Shown here in pieces: positions 10,367-20,900 of a stretch of DNA of 64,000 nt. Source of the stretch: Sphingobacteriales bacterium (GTDB lineage: Bacteria > Bacteroidota > Bacteroidia > Chitinophagales > LD1); NCBI GenBank assembly GCA_018262795.1, contig JADFDM010000013.1, positions 8,159 to 72,158 of the forward strand, in the 5' to 3' direction. Numbering within the stretch: the first letter of the stretch is position 1; each line of letters starts with the position of its first letter. Below the pieces are notes generated by a model. That model did not search any database. It saw only the letters and a program-made list of their open reading frames with translations, and had not been told where the DNA came from. A program made the position numbers and the translations under genes.

Positions 10367-11617
10367 CTATCCCTTCACAGCCTTAAAGGCCAGCATTAGC
10401 ACCGGTACTAAAGCGGTAGTGCCAATTGTGACTAATTTAAGGCACTCTGTGTAGTAATTAATTTCCTTACCTACAATTCCATCGGTAGTTAGTGTGGTCA
10501 ACACGAAAACTATCACCAGTAAAGCAAGTTCTGCTCCCCGATGTTTCCACTTGCTGTTGAGTAGCAGTGAATAAAACACAAAGCCAAAGGCGGGCAGTAA
10601 ATACACAAAGGCCCATTTATTCTGTTGAGGAAAAATAAGTGGGGTAATTAATAGCAGGTAAGCTGTTTCTGCTACAAATTGTTTTTTGTTCCTTGCCTTT
10701 CTGAATGGAGGCAGGCGCAAGAAGAAAAGTGTTGAAGTCAGGAGTAGTAACCTTGCTCCGTTAATCATCCATTGTAAGGTGGCAGGATTTACGTCTGCCA
10801 GTAATATCTGGAAATAATCAGTTGTATTCTTCGAAAAGTAAGCAGCAAATAAAGCAGCCAATCCGTGTATGCGGTAACTCCCGGCATTTTGGCCGGCATT
10901 GTATTGAGCGTTCATCGGATTAATGATGCTCCACCACTCACTGTGAAGCTGCGTATTCATATCCCAACCCCACATCAATGCGGGAGTAAGCAGAAATATA
11001 CCCGAGAGTAAAACTACTGCCCCGAAAGCCTTCCATTGTCTGCGGTAAAGTAAATAGGGAAGAAACACGAGTGGTAATAGTTTGAAATTAATACCCAGCG
11101 CTAAGAGTAAACTACCCATAAAGATTCGGTTTCGGAAAAAAATCTGATAAAGTCCTTCCATAGAAAACCACAGTAGGAGAATATTCAGTTGCACCATTTC
11201 TAAGTTGTGCAGTATAAAGCGGATGGAAAATAACAACACCAGTACCAGCCATTTCAACTTAATGTTTCCTCCATTTAGACTCAATAACTCCATTAACATT
11301 TTCAATATCCTAACCAGCATAAACACATCGGCTATCAAAAACAATAACTGAGGCAGCCCGATTGGTAAGTATGTAACCGGGATTAGCAAAGTAGCAAACA
11401 GCGGACTGTAGCCATACTGCAAAGGCACCTGACTGTTTCCATAACTCAACCAACTGTGGTAGCAGCTCATCCCATTACTCAGGTTTTGCGCGGCAGCCAA
11501 GTAAGTATTAAAGTCACCGCCATTCCATGCCTTTAACCCGAGATAAGGCAGCATTAACAGTGCGATGATCGCTGCGGGGAATTGTTGGATAAGCCCTAAA
11601 AATCGCTGTCGGGTCAT
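10367..11617 (-). CDS. GT87/DUF2029-like membrane glycosyltransferase
   Basis: DFNTY, YGYSPLF, QLNILL and NFKLLP motifs; many TM helices. Confidence 0.75.
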   Translation of the reverse strand: MTRQRFLGLIQQFPAAIIALLMLPYLGLKAWNGGDFNTYLAAAQNLSNGMSCYHSWLSYGNSQVPLQYGYSPLFATLLIPVTYLPIGLPQLLFLIADVFMLVRILKMLMELLSLNGGNIKLKWLVLVLLFSIRFILHNLEMVQLNILLLWFSMEGLYQIFFRNRIFMGSLLLALGINFKLLPLVFLPYLLYRRQWKAFGAVVLLSGIFLLTPALMWGWDMNTQLHSEWWSIINPMNAQYNAGQNAGSYRIHGLAALFAAYFSKNTTDYFQILLADVNPATLQWMINGARLLLLTSTLFFLRLPPFRKARNKKQFVAETAYLLLITPLIFPQQNKWAFVYLLPAFGFVFYSLLLNSKWKHRGAELALLVIVFVLTTLTTDGIVGKEINYYTECLKLVTIGTTALVPVLMLAFKAVKG

Positions 11618-11794
11618 ATTTTATGGTTCTTTGAGAAACTAAGGTATTCGATTTTCGGTCTATTGCTTTTCTTTGCTTTAGAAGGTCGTTTCCCCTCTTA
11701 ACGGCAGGCGTTTAACAGGCAAAATCAGGTTCAGAAATCCGTAAAAAACGTTAAACCACAAGGGCTACGAGGTTCTAAAAGCTATAAAAGGCAT

Positions 11795-11802
11795 TACATT
11801 TG
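11795..11802 (+). promoter_or_regulatory. Bacteroidota sigmaA -7 element (TACATTTG)
   Basis: Exact TAnnTTTG match about 50 nt upstream of the DUF1573 gene. Confidence 0.55.
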
Positions 11803-11850
11803 TTTCTCTTGAAACGACAACTGAATTTTTTAAACTAAAATCAAAAAGCA

Positions 11851-12306
11851 ATGAGAAAATTATTTTTGATGTTGAGCTTTGCAGGTGTAAGCATGTTTGC
11901 TGTTGCACAGGAAAGTACAACAACTCCAGCTCCAGATCCAAACGCACCTGAGTTCAAGTGGGAAAGCACCACGATTGACTACGGCACCGTTAAGAAAGGA
12001 GACGAAACAAATTCCACTCGGTACTTCAAATTTACCAACGTGGGCAAATCACCGTTAATCATATCGAATTGTCGGGGCAGTTGTGGATGTACAGTCCCTC
12101 AATGCCCTACTGAACCAATTCTTGCCGGAAAAACCAGCGAGATTAAAGTTCACTACGATATCAATCGCGTAGGGCCTTTCACCAAAACTGTAACGGTAAC
12201 TTCCAATGCGAAGAATCCAAACGAAACATTAAAAATAACAGGTACCGTAAATGATGTTCCTGCTGCTCCGGCAGAAGGCGCTCCGGCACCAGAAAAGAAG
12301 AACTAA
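11851..12306 (+). CDS. DUF1573 Ig-like exported protein
   Basis: Signal peptide; FKFTNVGKSPLII..GSCGCTVP motif. Confidence 0.85.
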   Translation: MRKLFLMLSFAGVSMFAVAQESTTTPAPDPNAPEFKWESTTIDYGTVKKGDETNSTRYFKFTNVGKSPLIISNCRGSCGCTVPQCPTEPILAGKTSEIKVHYDINRVGPFTKTVTVTSNAKNPNETLKITGTVNDVPAAPAEGAPAPEKKN

Positions 12307-12326
12307 TACAAAAGTTCAAGGAACAC

Positions 12327-12359
12327 AAAACGGGTTTGAGATTTTCTCAAGCCCGTTTT
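12327..12359 (+). terminator. Intrinsic terminator hairpin
   Basis: AAAACGGGTTTGAGA-TTT-TCTCAAGCCCGTTTT inverted repeat after the stop codon. Confidence 0.7.
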
Positions 12360-12373
12360 CATTTTAGTTAAGC

Positions 12374-12381
12374 TACTTTTG
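12374..12381 (+). promoter_or_regulatory. -7 element (TACTTTTG) upstream of rlmN
   Basis: Exact TAnnTTTG ending 7 nt before the ATG. Confidence 0.55.
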
Positions 12382-12388
12382 CGCCCCC

Positions 12389-13435
12389 ATGAAACAGAAC
12401 AAGGATATCCGTCAACTTTCACTGGAAGCACTGACAACCGAATTGGAGAAATTGGGCGAGCCAAAATTTCGCGCCCGCCAGATATACGAATGGTTGTGGC
12501 AAAAATCGGCTCGCTCATTCGAGGAGATGACTAACCTTTCAAAAACGCTGCGACAAAAACTGAGGGATGAGTTTGTGTTCAACACTGCTGCCGAGAGCAT
12601 TGTTCAAAAAAGTAAAGACGGGACGGTAAAGCTGGGGATGCGCTTGCAGGATGGCCGCATGATTGAAGGGGTGATGATTCCCGATCGCGACAGAAACACC
12701 GCTTGCGTTTCGTCTCAAGTAGGCTGTTCGCTGGCTTGCACTTTTTGCGCCACCGGCTTTTTAGAACGGGAGCGAAATTTAGAGGCCGGAGAAATATACG
12801 ATCAGGTAGTGCTGTTGAATAAGCACTCACTGGAGCATAGCGGTAAGCCGCTTACAAACATTGTATATATGGGCATGGGCGAGCCTTTGCTGAATTTCAG
12901 CAATGTGATGGAGAGTATCCGAATTATTACTTCTCCCGAAGGGCTGAACATGGCTCCCTGGCGAATTACGGTTTCTACTTCGGGCATTGTAAAGGGTATC
13001 AGACGAATGGCGGAGGAGGGAGTGAAATTTAATTTGGCACTTTCGCTACATGCAGCTACAGATGAGAAACGCGACAAGATCATGGACATCAATCTCTCTA
13101 ACCCATTAGATGATTTGATGAGTGCGCTGCAATATTTTTATGAAAAAACGGGTAACAAAATCACTTTCGAATATATTTTGTTCGATCACTTTAACGATAC
13201 CCCGCAGGACGCTGATAATCTAATCGGGCTTTATCGCAAGGTTCCTGCTTTCATCAATATCATTGAGTACAACAATGTGGAAGGCGTGAAATTGAAAAGA
13301 GCGAAAAGCGATCGAAGAGATGCATTTGTAAATTATCTGAGAAGTAAAAATATTGAGGTAGGCGTGCGCAGAAGCCGGGGAAAAGATATTGATGCCGCCT
13401 GCGGTCAATTAGCCAATAAGAACGAAACTACCTGA
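12389..13435 (+). CDS. rlmN: 23S rRNA m2A2503 / tRNA radical-SAM methyltransferase
   Basis: CVSSQVGCSLACTFCATG, MGMGEP and DAACGQL motifs. Confidence 0.95.
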   Translation: MKQNKDIRQLSLEALTTELEKLGEPKFRARQIYEWLWQKSARSFEEMTNLSKTLRQKLRDEFVFNTAAESIVQKSKDGTVKLGMRLQDGRMIEGVMIPDRDRNTACVSSQVGCSLACTFCATGFLERERNLEAGEIYDQVVLLNKHSLEHSGKPLTNIVYMGMGEPLLNFSNVMESIRIITSPEGLNMAPWRITVSTSGIVKGIRRMAEEGVKFNLALSLHAATDEKRDKIMDINLSNPLDDLMSALQYFYEKTGNKITFEYILFDHFNDTPQDADNLIGLYRKVPAFINIIEYNNVEGVKLKRAKSDRRDAFVNYLRSKNIEVGVRRSRGKDIDAACGQLANKNETT

Positions 13436-13862
13436 AGCACTAACCGGTTCGAGTATTCAGTTCCGTTTAAACGGAAAGAGAGAGCAAGCATACTGCCTTG
13501 TCTCGATTTGGTGAAGCTGCCCTGCGAACAAAAATCCCCCTTTTTAAGTTCAAGAAGATGGATGCAATGGTCATGTTTTATTTTTGAGATTAAAGCGTAG
13601 AGAGTGCATTTGCCACCTGCTGCGCTGTCAACCCAACGACCTGATGGTATGGATGCCCAACCACAAAACGCAGAACGAGGCAAACAGAAACATTTTGAAA
13701 GACCACTTAAAGATATTTGACAGTCCGCTTATTGAAGATATTTGAAAATTTGCTTAGTAAGCCTAACTCGTTCGAGGCACCTTGTTCGTACCCGGAGTAA
13801 AATAGTATAAAGACACGAACGAATATTCACCCCAGTATTTTCCATTCTCTGCTAACAAAAAC

Positions 13863-15230
13863 CTATTGCCCCGCAGCCTCTTTAATGGCGCCTACATAAT
13901 CGAAACGCTCTAACAAGCCGGTGTCGAATTTGCCGGAGCGAAACTCTTCATTGTCCATCAACGCAATGTGAAAGGGGATGGTGGTCTTGATGCCTTCAAT
14001 GATAAACTCTTGCATGGCGCGTTTCATCTTCACGATGCACTCCTCGCGGCTTTTGGCGCGACATATCACCTTTGCCAAAAGACTATCATAGTAAGGCGGC
14101 ACGGTGTAGCCGGCATAAATGTGAGTGTCCACCCGCACGCCATAACCCTTGGGCGTGTGCAAGGCAGTTATCTTGCCGGGGTTGGGGGCAAAGTTATTCA
14201 AGGGGTCTTCGGCATTTACGCGGCACTCAATGGCGTGCATCCGGTCGGGGAAATACAACACGCCCGAAATAGGAGTGCCGGCCGCTATCATGATTTGTTC
14301 CTTTACTAAGTCAAAATCCATCACCTCTTCGGTTACGGTATGCTCTACCTGTATCCGCGTATTCATTTCCATGAAGTAGAAATTCTCATCGCGATCTACC
14401 AAGAACTCCACCGTTCCCACACTTTCGTAGTTGATAGCTTTCACGGCTTTCACCGCAGCATCTCCCATCTTTTTGCGCAAGGCTTCATTTACAAAAGGAG
14501 AGGGAGCTTCCTCCACTAATTTCTGATGCCTGCGCTGCACAGAGCAATCGCGCTCACTCAGGTGGCAGGCCTCGCCATATTGGTCGCCTGCTACCTGTAT
14601 CTCAATATGATGCGGTTCTATAATAAACTTTTCCAAGTACACGCCATCGTTTCCGAACGAAGCACCGGCCTCGCTGCGAGCCATGGTATAGGCTTTTTCT
14701 AATTCACTTTCCTCGTGCACAATGCGCATGCCTTTCCCGCCACCACCGGCCGTGGCTTTCAGAATAACCGGGTAGCCAATCTTCTTGGCTATTTTTTTGG
14801 CTTCGGGCATACTCTCCACTAATCCACCGCTGCCGGGAATACAAGGTACCCCTGCTTTTAGCATGGTGTCTTTTGCGGTAATCTTATCGCCCATAGCGCG
14901 TATCTGGTGACCGGGAGGGCCTATAAATTTGATCTTATACTTAGTGCACAGGTCGCTGAATTCGGCATTCTCTGCCAGGAATCCGTAACCAGGGTGAATG
15001 GCATCGGCATTCGTCAGTTCGGCTACCGCCATAATGTTTTGCATGTTCAGATAGCTGTCGCGGCTGCGCGGAGGACCTATACATACGGCTTCATCGGCAA
15101 AGCGCACATGCAGGCTTTCGATATCGGCAGTGCTATAAACGGCTACGGTTTTGATGCCCATTTCCTTGCAGGTCCGAATAATACGGAGGGCAATTTCACC
15201 ACGATTGGCAATTAGTATTTTCTTGAACAT
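13863..15230 (-). CDS. accC: Acetyl-CoA carboxylase, biotin carboxylase subunit
   Basis: [28 protein letters not shown] and [10 protein letters not shown] motifs. Confidence 0.96.
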   Translation of the reverse strand: MFKKILIANRGEIALRIIRTCKEMGIKTVAVYSTADIESLHVRFADEAVCIGPPRSRDSYLNMQNIMAVAELTNADAIHPGYGFLAENAEFSDLCTKYKIKFIGPPGHQIRAMGDKITAKDTMLKAGVPCIPGSGGLVESMPEAKKIAKKIGYPVILKATAGGGGKGMRIVHEESELEKAYTMARSEAGASFGNDGVYLEKFIIEPHHIEIQVAGDQYGEACHLSERDCSVQRRHQKLVEEAPSPFVNEALRKKMGDAAVKAVKAINYESVGTVEFLVDRDENFYFMEMNTRIQVEHTVTEEVMDFDLVKEQIMIAAGTPISGVLYFPDRMHAIECRVNAEDPLNNFAPNPGKITALHTPKGYGVRVDTHIYAGYTVPPYYDSLLAKVICRAKSREECIVKMKRAMQEFIIEGIKTTIPFHIALMDNEEFRSGKFDTGLLERFDYVGAIKEAAGQ

Positions 15231-15357
15231 GGGTGAAGGGTAATTTGTTATTCCTGATTTGTTACTCGCATATTTGTTTGATCGTGTACTGGTTATTCGA
15301 CAATGAAAAGCCGATACACTCGATTAACTAAAAACGAATACACGACAATCATCAACA

Positions 15358-15837
15358 TCAAACTTTTTCGATTAAGAACAGCGGTTGGTCGTATTCTACC
15401 GGAGAAGAATCTTCTGCAACTATTTTTACTACGCGACCTTCGCCACCGTCAAATTCTATTTCGTTGAACAGCTTCATGGCCTCGATAATACAAAGCACAT
15501 CACCATTCTTTATCACATCTCCTACTTTCACATAAGGCTCCTTATCGGCACTGGGCTTGCGGTAAAAAGTGCCCACCATTGGGGAACGGAAAGTAAGCAG
15601 GTTATCATTGACCACCGGAGTGGCAGATGTGGTGCCGGCCTGTTCTTCTGTATTGGTTTTGGCAGTAGGCTGTGCCTGAGTGGCCGGAGGGGCCATAATA
15701 GTGGGCTGAGTATAGGCAACGGTTTCGCTGCCTTTGTTTTTAATACTGATGGCGAAATTCCCTTCGCGCAGTTTTAACTCGCAAAGGTCAGCCTTCTTTA
15801 CTAACTTAATTAATTCCTGTATCTGCTTAATATCCAT
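15358..15837 (-). CDS. accB: Biotin carboxyl carrier protein
   Basis: SPMVGTFY and EAMKLFNE biotinylation motif. Confidence 0.96.
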   Translation of the reverse strand: MDIKQIQELIKLVKKADLCELKLREGNFAISIKNKGSETVAYTQPTIMAPPATQAQPTAKTNTEEQAGTTSATPVVNDNLLTFRSPMVGTFYRKPSADKEPYVKVGDVIKNGDVLCIIEAMKLFNEIEFDGGEGRVVKIVAEDSSPVEYDQPLFLIEKV

Positions 15838-15949
15838 AGCAATAGTTTTCGGTGAATGTAGGGAAGTCGAAAGTAGGAAAAGTTTGGTTTTTTTATGGGG
15901 TGTGCTGAAACTGGTACTTCCCCCAAGGGAAGTTCCGTTGCTGCACGGG

Positions 15950-16519
15950 TTACTTATCCTTTGCTCTTTCTACATACGAACGGGTGCGGGTATCTACCTT
16001 TAGTTTATCACCGGTATTTACAAACATAGGTACAGTGATGGTGGCACCTGTTTCAAGGGTCGCTGATTTTTGTGCATTGGTAGCGGTATTCCCGGCAACG
16101 GCATCCTCGGTGTAAGTGACTTCCAGAATTACATGAGCCGGTAATTCGCAACCCAAAATTAGATTGTTTTCCTCGTGAATGATTATTTCGCACACATCGC
16201 CTTCGCGCAGAAAGTCGTTGTTTTCTATCATCTTTCCATCCACTGAAATCTGGTCAAAGGTTTCCTGATCCATAAAGTTGAAACCCATGTCATCTTTATA
16301 CAGAAACTGGAAAGACTTGCGCACAACCCGCGCAGTAATAATTTCGTGACCGGCCGGGAAAGTGTGCTCCAACATACGGCCGGTGCGCATTCCTTTCATA
16401 CGGCAGCGCACAAAGGCATTGCCTTTGCCCGGCTTTACGTGTTGAAACTCGACAAACTGATAAATGTCGTTGTTAAACTCTATGCACAATCCGTTTCTGA
16501 TATCTGCCGTGGTAGCCAT
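15950..16519 (-). CDS. efp: Elongation factor P
   Basis: HVKPGKGNAF and ATLETGA..VPMFV..GD...VDTR motifs. Confidence 0.96.
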   Translation of the reverse strand: MATTADIRNGLCIEFNNDIYQFVEFQHVKPGKGNAFVRCRMKGMRTGRMLEHTFPAGHEIITARVVRKSFQFLYKDDMGFNFMDQETFDQISVDGKMIENNDFLREGDVCEIIIHEENNLILGCELPAHVILEVTYTEDAVAGNTATNAQKSATLETGATITVPMFVNTGDKLKVDTRTRSYVERAKDK

Positions 16520-16708
16520 ACTTTTGTTTTAGTTTTGAGCGTGCGAATATAGCAGGTATGGGGGAAACGGCAAGGGGGCTGATTTATCGCCTTTTTCCCC
16601 TTTTTGAGAGAAGGCTTTAAAACGCTATGATTATTTTTTTGTTTTTCCGAAAACTCATCTTACTTTTTCAGCCTCAATCAGCGATTAATCACTTTATCCC
16701 ATTTAATT

Positions 16709-17683
16709 ATGAAGACCGTTTTACGCTTCTTCCTATACCTAATTATCTCTATCGTAGTAATTGGAGTATGTTTTGTTCTTTACATCCAGATGGATGGAAT
16801 CCCCAAGTATTCTGTTGAGAAAACAGAATTCCCGCAAGTAATCCCTGACTCGGCATCGGTGGTGTTGGGCGCTAAAATTGCTTCGGTGCAGTGCGTGGTG
16901 TGCCATACAGGCTCAGACCATAAATTGAGCGGAAAACTGCTTACTGAGGTTCCGCCTGAGTTTGGGGAAATACACTCCGCTAATATAACGCAGAGCAAAG
17001 AGCATGGTATTGGCAATTGGTCTGATGCAGAGATCGTTTATTTCCTTCGCACGGGAGTAAAACCTAAAACCGGGCAGTTTGTGCCTTTGTACATGCCTAA
17101 GTTTCCGCACATGAGCGATAAGGATGTAAAGTGTGTGCTGGCTTTCCTTCATTCAGATATGCCGATAGTGCAGCCTTCTGAAATAGCTACCGTGCCTTGT
17201 AAGCCTTCGTTTCTTACCAAGTTTTTAAGCCATGTAGCGTTTAAGAAAATACCGTATCCCTCTGCTACTATTGTTGCCCCGGATACCAATAACATGGTAA
17301 CATTCGGAAAGTATCTGGTGACCGGGCGTTACGATTGTTACGCCTGTCACTCAGCCGACTTTAAAACCGTGAACATGGCCGACCCGGAAAAGAGTCCGGG
17401 GTATCTTGGTGGAGGCAACGCTTTGATTACTGAAAATGGGAATAAAATTTTCTCGGCAAACATTACCAGTGATGAAGAAACCGGCATTGGCACTTGGACG
17501 GAAGAGGATTTTGCGAACGTGATGAGAAATATGAAAAATAAGGATGGGCATGCCGTTCGCCCTCCCATGATTCCAATGAATGGGTTGAGCGATTTAGAAG
17601 TAAATGCGATGTATGCGTATCTCAGGTCAGTCCCAAAGATTAAAGATAATGTAAATCGGCAGTGGGATAATGAAGATTTATAA
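16709..17683 (+). CDS. Membrane-anchored diheme c-type cytochrome
   Basis: N-terminal TM; two CxxCH motifs (CVVCH, CYACH), each followed by ANIT...GIG.W. Confidence 0.85.
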   Translation: MKTVLRFFLYLIISIVVIGVCFVLYIQMDGIPKYSVEKTEFPQVIPDSASVVLGAKIASVQCVVCHTGSDHKLSGKLLTEVPPEFGEIHSANITQSKEHGIGNWSDAEIVYFLRTGVKPKTGQFVPLYMPKFPHMSDKDVKCVLAFLHSDMPIVQPSEIATVPCKPSFLTKFLSHVAFKKIPYPSATIVAPDTNNMVTFGKYLVTGRYDCYACHSADFKTVNMADPEKSPGYLGGGNALITENGNKIFSANITSDEETGIGTWTEEDFANVMRNMKNKDGHAVRPPMIPMNGLSDLEVNAMYAYLRSVPKIKDNVNRQWDNEDL

Positions 17684-17833
17684 CCCGGATTGGAGGAAAC
17701 TTCGGGTATCCCCGTGACGGAGCAATTCGTCCGGGGTTTTTTATTTTATAGGATTGAATATTCTCAGCACTGAGGCTTACCGGATAGATTTTGAGAAGCG
17801 CATCCACTAAAATTCAGTGGTGCGAACAGACAC

Positions 17834-17867
17834 AAAAAAAACCTGTGGCAACGCCAACAGGTTTTTT
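17834..17867 (-). terminator. Intrinsic terminator after rpmF
   Basis: A8-CCTGT-GGC-AAC-GCC-A-ACAGG-T6 hairpin flanked by A/T runs. Confidence 0.65.
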
Positions 17868-17888
17868 AAAACTTTTGAATTGTCTCTC

Positions 17889-18077
17889 TTATTTCTGGCT
17901 TTTGTCCACTACCACTTTGCCGCGATACATCAATTTGTCTTCGCTCCAGTGAGCACGGTGCATCAAGTGTGCTTCTCCGGTGGTTTGATCTACTCCGGTA
18001 GTAGGCGCTTCGGCCTTGTAGTGAGTTCTTCTCTTGTCTCTTCTTTGTTTCGAGATTTTATGTTTTGGATGTGGCAT
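17889..18077 (-). CDS. rpmF: 50S ribosomal protein L32
   Basis: [22 protein letters not shown]-terminus; lies downstream of yceD. Confidence 0.95.
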   Translation of the reverse strand: MPHPKHKISKQRRDKRRTHYKAEAPTTGVDQTTGEAHLMHRAHWSEDKLMYRGKVVVDKSQK

Positions 18078-18107
18078 GGTGTTAAATTTTAGTTAGTTGA
18101 ATTGTTT

Positions 18108-18665
18108 TTAGTTTTTACTTTTTATGTTTTTTAAAGCGGCCCATCTCGGATCCGGCTCTGTATCTTTTGCTTTTTCGTTTGACTTTGCTAACCGACTTAG
18201 ATATTTCAAGACTTCAGGATTGCAACCTTCTTCCCCATTCCCCTTTTTAGGATGAATAATCTGCATGGGCAAGCAGAGATTGATATACTCATATACTAAC
18301 TGAGAAACATCGAGTATCTGCATATCTCTGGAAATGAATATTACCTCATCTTCATCAGAAATGTTGGAAGGGTCTTCCGAAAACTTTACATAAGTAGTAA
18401 AGTCTCCAAAAATTTCCTTGTCAAAAGGTTCTAAGCAACGGTCACATTCTACGTGAACGGTTCCATCAATGAAAAACTTTAGAATAAAGAACGTTTCCTT
18501 TTTTTCAAACTCCAGTTTGACGCGCACCTTGCAGTCTTGAATTGGTGAGTCTTCAAAATGACTAAAAAACTTACCATCTATCTCGTATTCAAACCTGTGA
18601 ATACCTATCTTTAATCCCACATAAGGAATCTCAAACTCCCTTAAACCTTTCACAGCACATTCCAT
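18108..18665 (-). CDS. yceD: DUF177/YceD family protein
   Basis: ECDRCLE and DPRWAALK motifs; lies upstream of rpmF. Confidence 0.88.
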   Translation of the reverse strand: MECAVKGLREFEIPYVGLKIGIHRFEYEIDGKFFSHFEDSPIQDCKVRVKLEFEKKETFFILKFFIDGTVHVECDRCLEPFDKEIFGDFTTYVKFSEDPSNISDEDEVIFISRDMQILDVSQLVYEYINLCLPMQIIHPKKGNGEEGCNPEVLKYLSRLAKSNEKAKDTEPDPRWAALKNIKSKN

Positions 18666-18854
18666 TTATATTGTGATGCTACGGCCTCCATCTCAAACAA
18701 TTTCCAAACAACACTCATTAGCTTTCGCGAAAAGGACGGCAAATATAGTGTAATAAGGGTAAAAACAAAATGCCTTTAAGGGATAAATTCGGGAATGGCT
18801 GGATTTTCCCCCAAAATACAAAATCGAACGTATTGTTCTCTTACTTTAGAAACA

Positions 18855-20777
18855 CTATACTTCTCCTGCGCGCTCGCTCAACTCTAACCAACGCAATTCT
18901 TTTTCTTCGAGTTGTTTGCTCACTTCGCCAAAGCGTTCAATCATTTGGTTCATCTCGTTGTAAGGAATATTGCCCCCTACTAATTTTTCGTTTAATTCAG
19001 CTTTCTCCTTTTCCAATTCAGGAATTTCCTTGCCCAGCTTTTCAAATTCACTTTTTTCTTTAAAGCTCATTTTTCGTTTGGTGGAGGTCGGTGACTGGGG
19101 CTTTATCACCGGCTCCGGCACCACTTCCTTCACCTCCGGCTTTCGTTCTTTTGTTTCTTGCCTTCCCAGCCTTGCATTTTTTTTCTTCTGCACCTCGCTG
19201 ATTCGCCACTGGGTGTAGTTGCCGGGGAAGTCGGTGATAACTCCATCGCCCTCAAACACAAACAGGTGATCTACCAACTTATCCATAAAGTATCGGTCGT
19301 GCGATACGATAATTACGCAACCTTGATATTGCTCTAAGAACTCTTCGAGCACGCTCAAGGTCACTAAATCAAGATCGTTGGTAGGCTCATCGAGGATGAG
19401 GAAATTTGGATTGCAGAAAAGCAGGGAAATGAGTTGCAATCTTTTCTTTTCGCCTCCGCTCAACTTACTGATGTAAGTAAACTGTGCTTCCGGGGGAAAT
19501 TGAAACAATTGTAGAAATTGTCCGGCCGATACTTTGGTGCCATCGGCTAAAGGAAAATTCTCGGCTATGTCGCGCACATATTCAATCACCCGCTTATCTT
19601 CTTTCACCTGCAAACCTTGCTGTGAGAAATACCCAAACACAATGGTCTCTCCTTGATTCACCTTGCCGGAGTTGGCCGGTTCCAATCCGAGAATAACATT
19701 CAAAAAAGTAGTCTTGCCCACTCCATTCTTCCCGATGATGCCAATGCGCTCGCCCTTCTTAAAAGTATAGTCGAAGCCCTGAATAATTTTAAGATCGCCA
19801 AAACTCTTGTACACTTTTTTCAACTCCAGAATTTTACCGCCTATGCGGCTCATCTTCACGTTTAGTTCTAACTTATCATCATTTCGTTGGGCATTCGCTT
19901 TTTCTTCCACATCATAGAAAGCGTCAATTCGCGATTTGCTTTTGGTGGTGCGAGCCTTGGGCTGTTTGAGCATCCATTCTAGCTCTTTGCGGTACATGTT
20001 CTTCGCTTTATCTACAGAAGCGGCTTCGCTTATTTCGCGTTCGGCCTTGCGTTGCAAGTAAGTTTCAAAATTTCCTTTGTGGATATAGAGTTGTTGGTTT
20101 TCTAACTCTATAATTTCATTGCATACGATGTCGAGAAAAAAGCGGTCGTGCGACACCAGCAATAAAGTGGTTTTAGCATCTGAAAGAAACTGAGCCAGCC
20201 ACTCAATCATTTCAAAATCGAGGTGGTTGGTTGGCTCATCCAAAATCAAGAAGTTGTTGCGCTCTCCAAAACTGATTTCGATAAGCACCTTGGCTAATGA
20301 AAGTCTTTTGCGCTGCCCCCCCGAAAGAGATTGAGCCATTTGATCGAGGTCGGTAATATTAAGGGAGGAAAGGATTTCCTTCACCTTGCTTTCAAAGTTC
20401 CAAGCTCCTAATTCATCCATCTTTTCCATCATCTCCCCGATCTTTACATTGTCATGATGTTGCAGTGCTATTTCGTATTCGCGCACTGTGTTAATGGCCG
20501 GGTGGTCGTGGTTCAGGATATTATCCAACACACTTTTGTTTTCCTCAAACTGGGGGTTCTGATCCAGAAAACAAACATTGACATCGCGGTTAATCCAAAA
20601 TTTACCGGAGTCGGCTGCATCCTTACCGGCCAATACTCGTAGCAAACTGGTTTTGCCCGCACCATTGCGGGCGACTAAAGCAATTTTATCACCCTGCTCA
20701 ATGTTGAAGGAGATATCGGTGAAAAGCGGTTTTTCAATGAATGATTTGGTAAGATTTTCGGCTGAGAGGTAGTGCAT
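18855..20777 (-). CDS. ABC-F family ATPase (Uup-like)
   Basis: Two ABC cassettes (NGAGKT, LSGGQ, LDEPTNHLD; NGVGKT, LSGGE, LDEPTNDLD) and a C-terminal coiled coil; ATG at 20777. Confidence 0.9.
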   Translation of the reverse strand: MHYLSAENLTKSFIEKPLFTDISFNIEQGDKIALVARNGAGKTSLLRVLAGKDAADSGKFWINRDVNVCFLDQNPQFEENKSVLDNILNHDHPAINTVREYEIALQHHDNVKIGEMMEKMDELGAWNFESKVKEILSSLNITDLDQMAQSLSGGQRKRLSLAKVLIEISFGERNNFLILDEPTNHLDFEMIEWLAQFLSDAKTTLLLVSHDRFFLDIVCNEIIELENQQLYIHKGNFETYLQRKAEREISEAASVDKAKNMYRKELEWMLKQPKARTTKSKSRIDAFYDVEEKANAQRNDDKLELNVKMSRIGGKILELKKVYKSFGDLKIIQGFDYTFKKGERIGIIGKNGVGKTTFLNVILGLEPANSGKVNQGETIVFGYFSQQGLQVKEDKRVIEYVRDIAENFPLADGTKVSAGQFLQLFQFPPEAQFTYISKLSGGEKKRLQLISLLFCNPNFLILDEPTNDLDLVTLSVLEEFLEQYQGCVIIVSHDRYFMDKLVDHLFVFEGDGVITDFPGNYTQWRISEVQKKKNARLGRQETKERKPEVKEVVPEPVIKPQSPTSTKRKMSFKEKSEFEKLGKEIPELEKEKAELNEKLVGGNIPYNEMNQMIERFGEVSKQLEEKELRWLELSERAGEV

Positions 20778-20885
20778 GGTTTTTTTAAAAGAGGTGCAAA
20801 TAAAGTGAAACAGATTTACTACTGCGCACAAAGCACTGTTTACAAGCAATGAGCAAAATCATGTACTTCTAAATATGCTGCGCAA

Positions 20886-20893
20886 TACATTTG
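20886..20893 (+). promoter_or_regulatory. -7 element (TACATTTG) upstream of the SulP gene
   Basis: Exact TAnnTTTG ending 7 nt before the ATG. Confidence 0.5.
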
Positions 20894-20900
20894 CGCACTC

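Noticed and set aside
13436-13862. Gene or ncRNA in the 430-nt rlmN-accC gap (ORF 13405-13683)
   Set aside because: No recognisable motif or convincing structure, only a short AAGATATTTGA duplication.
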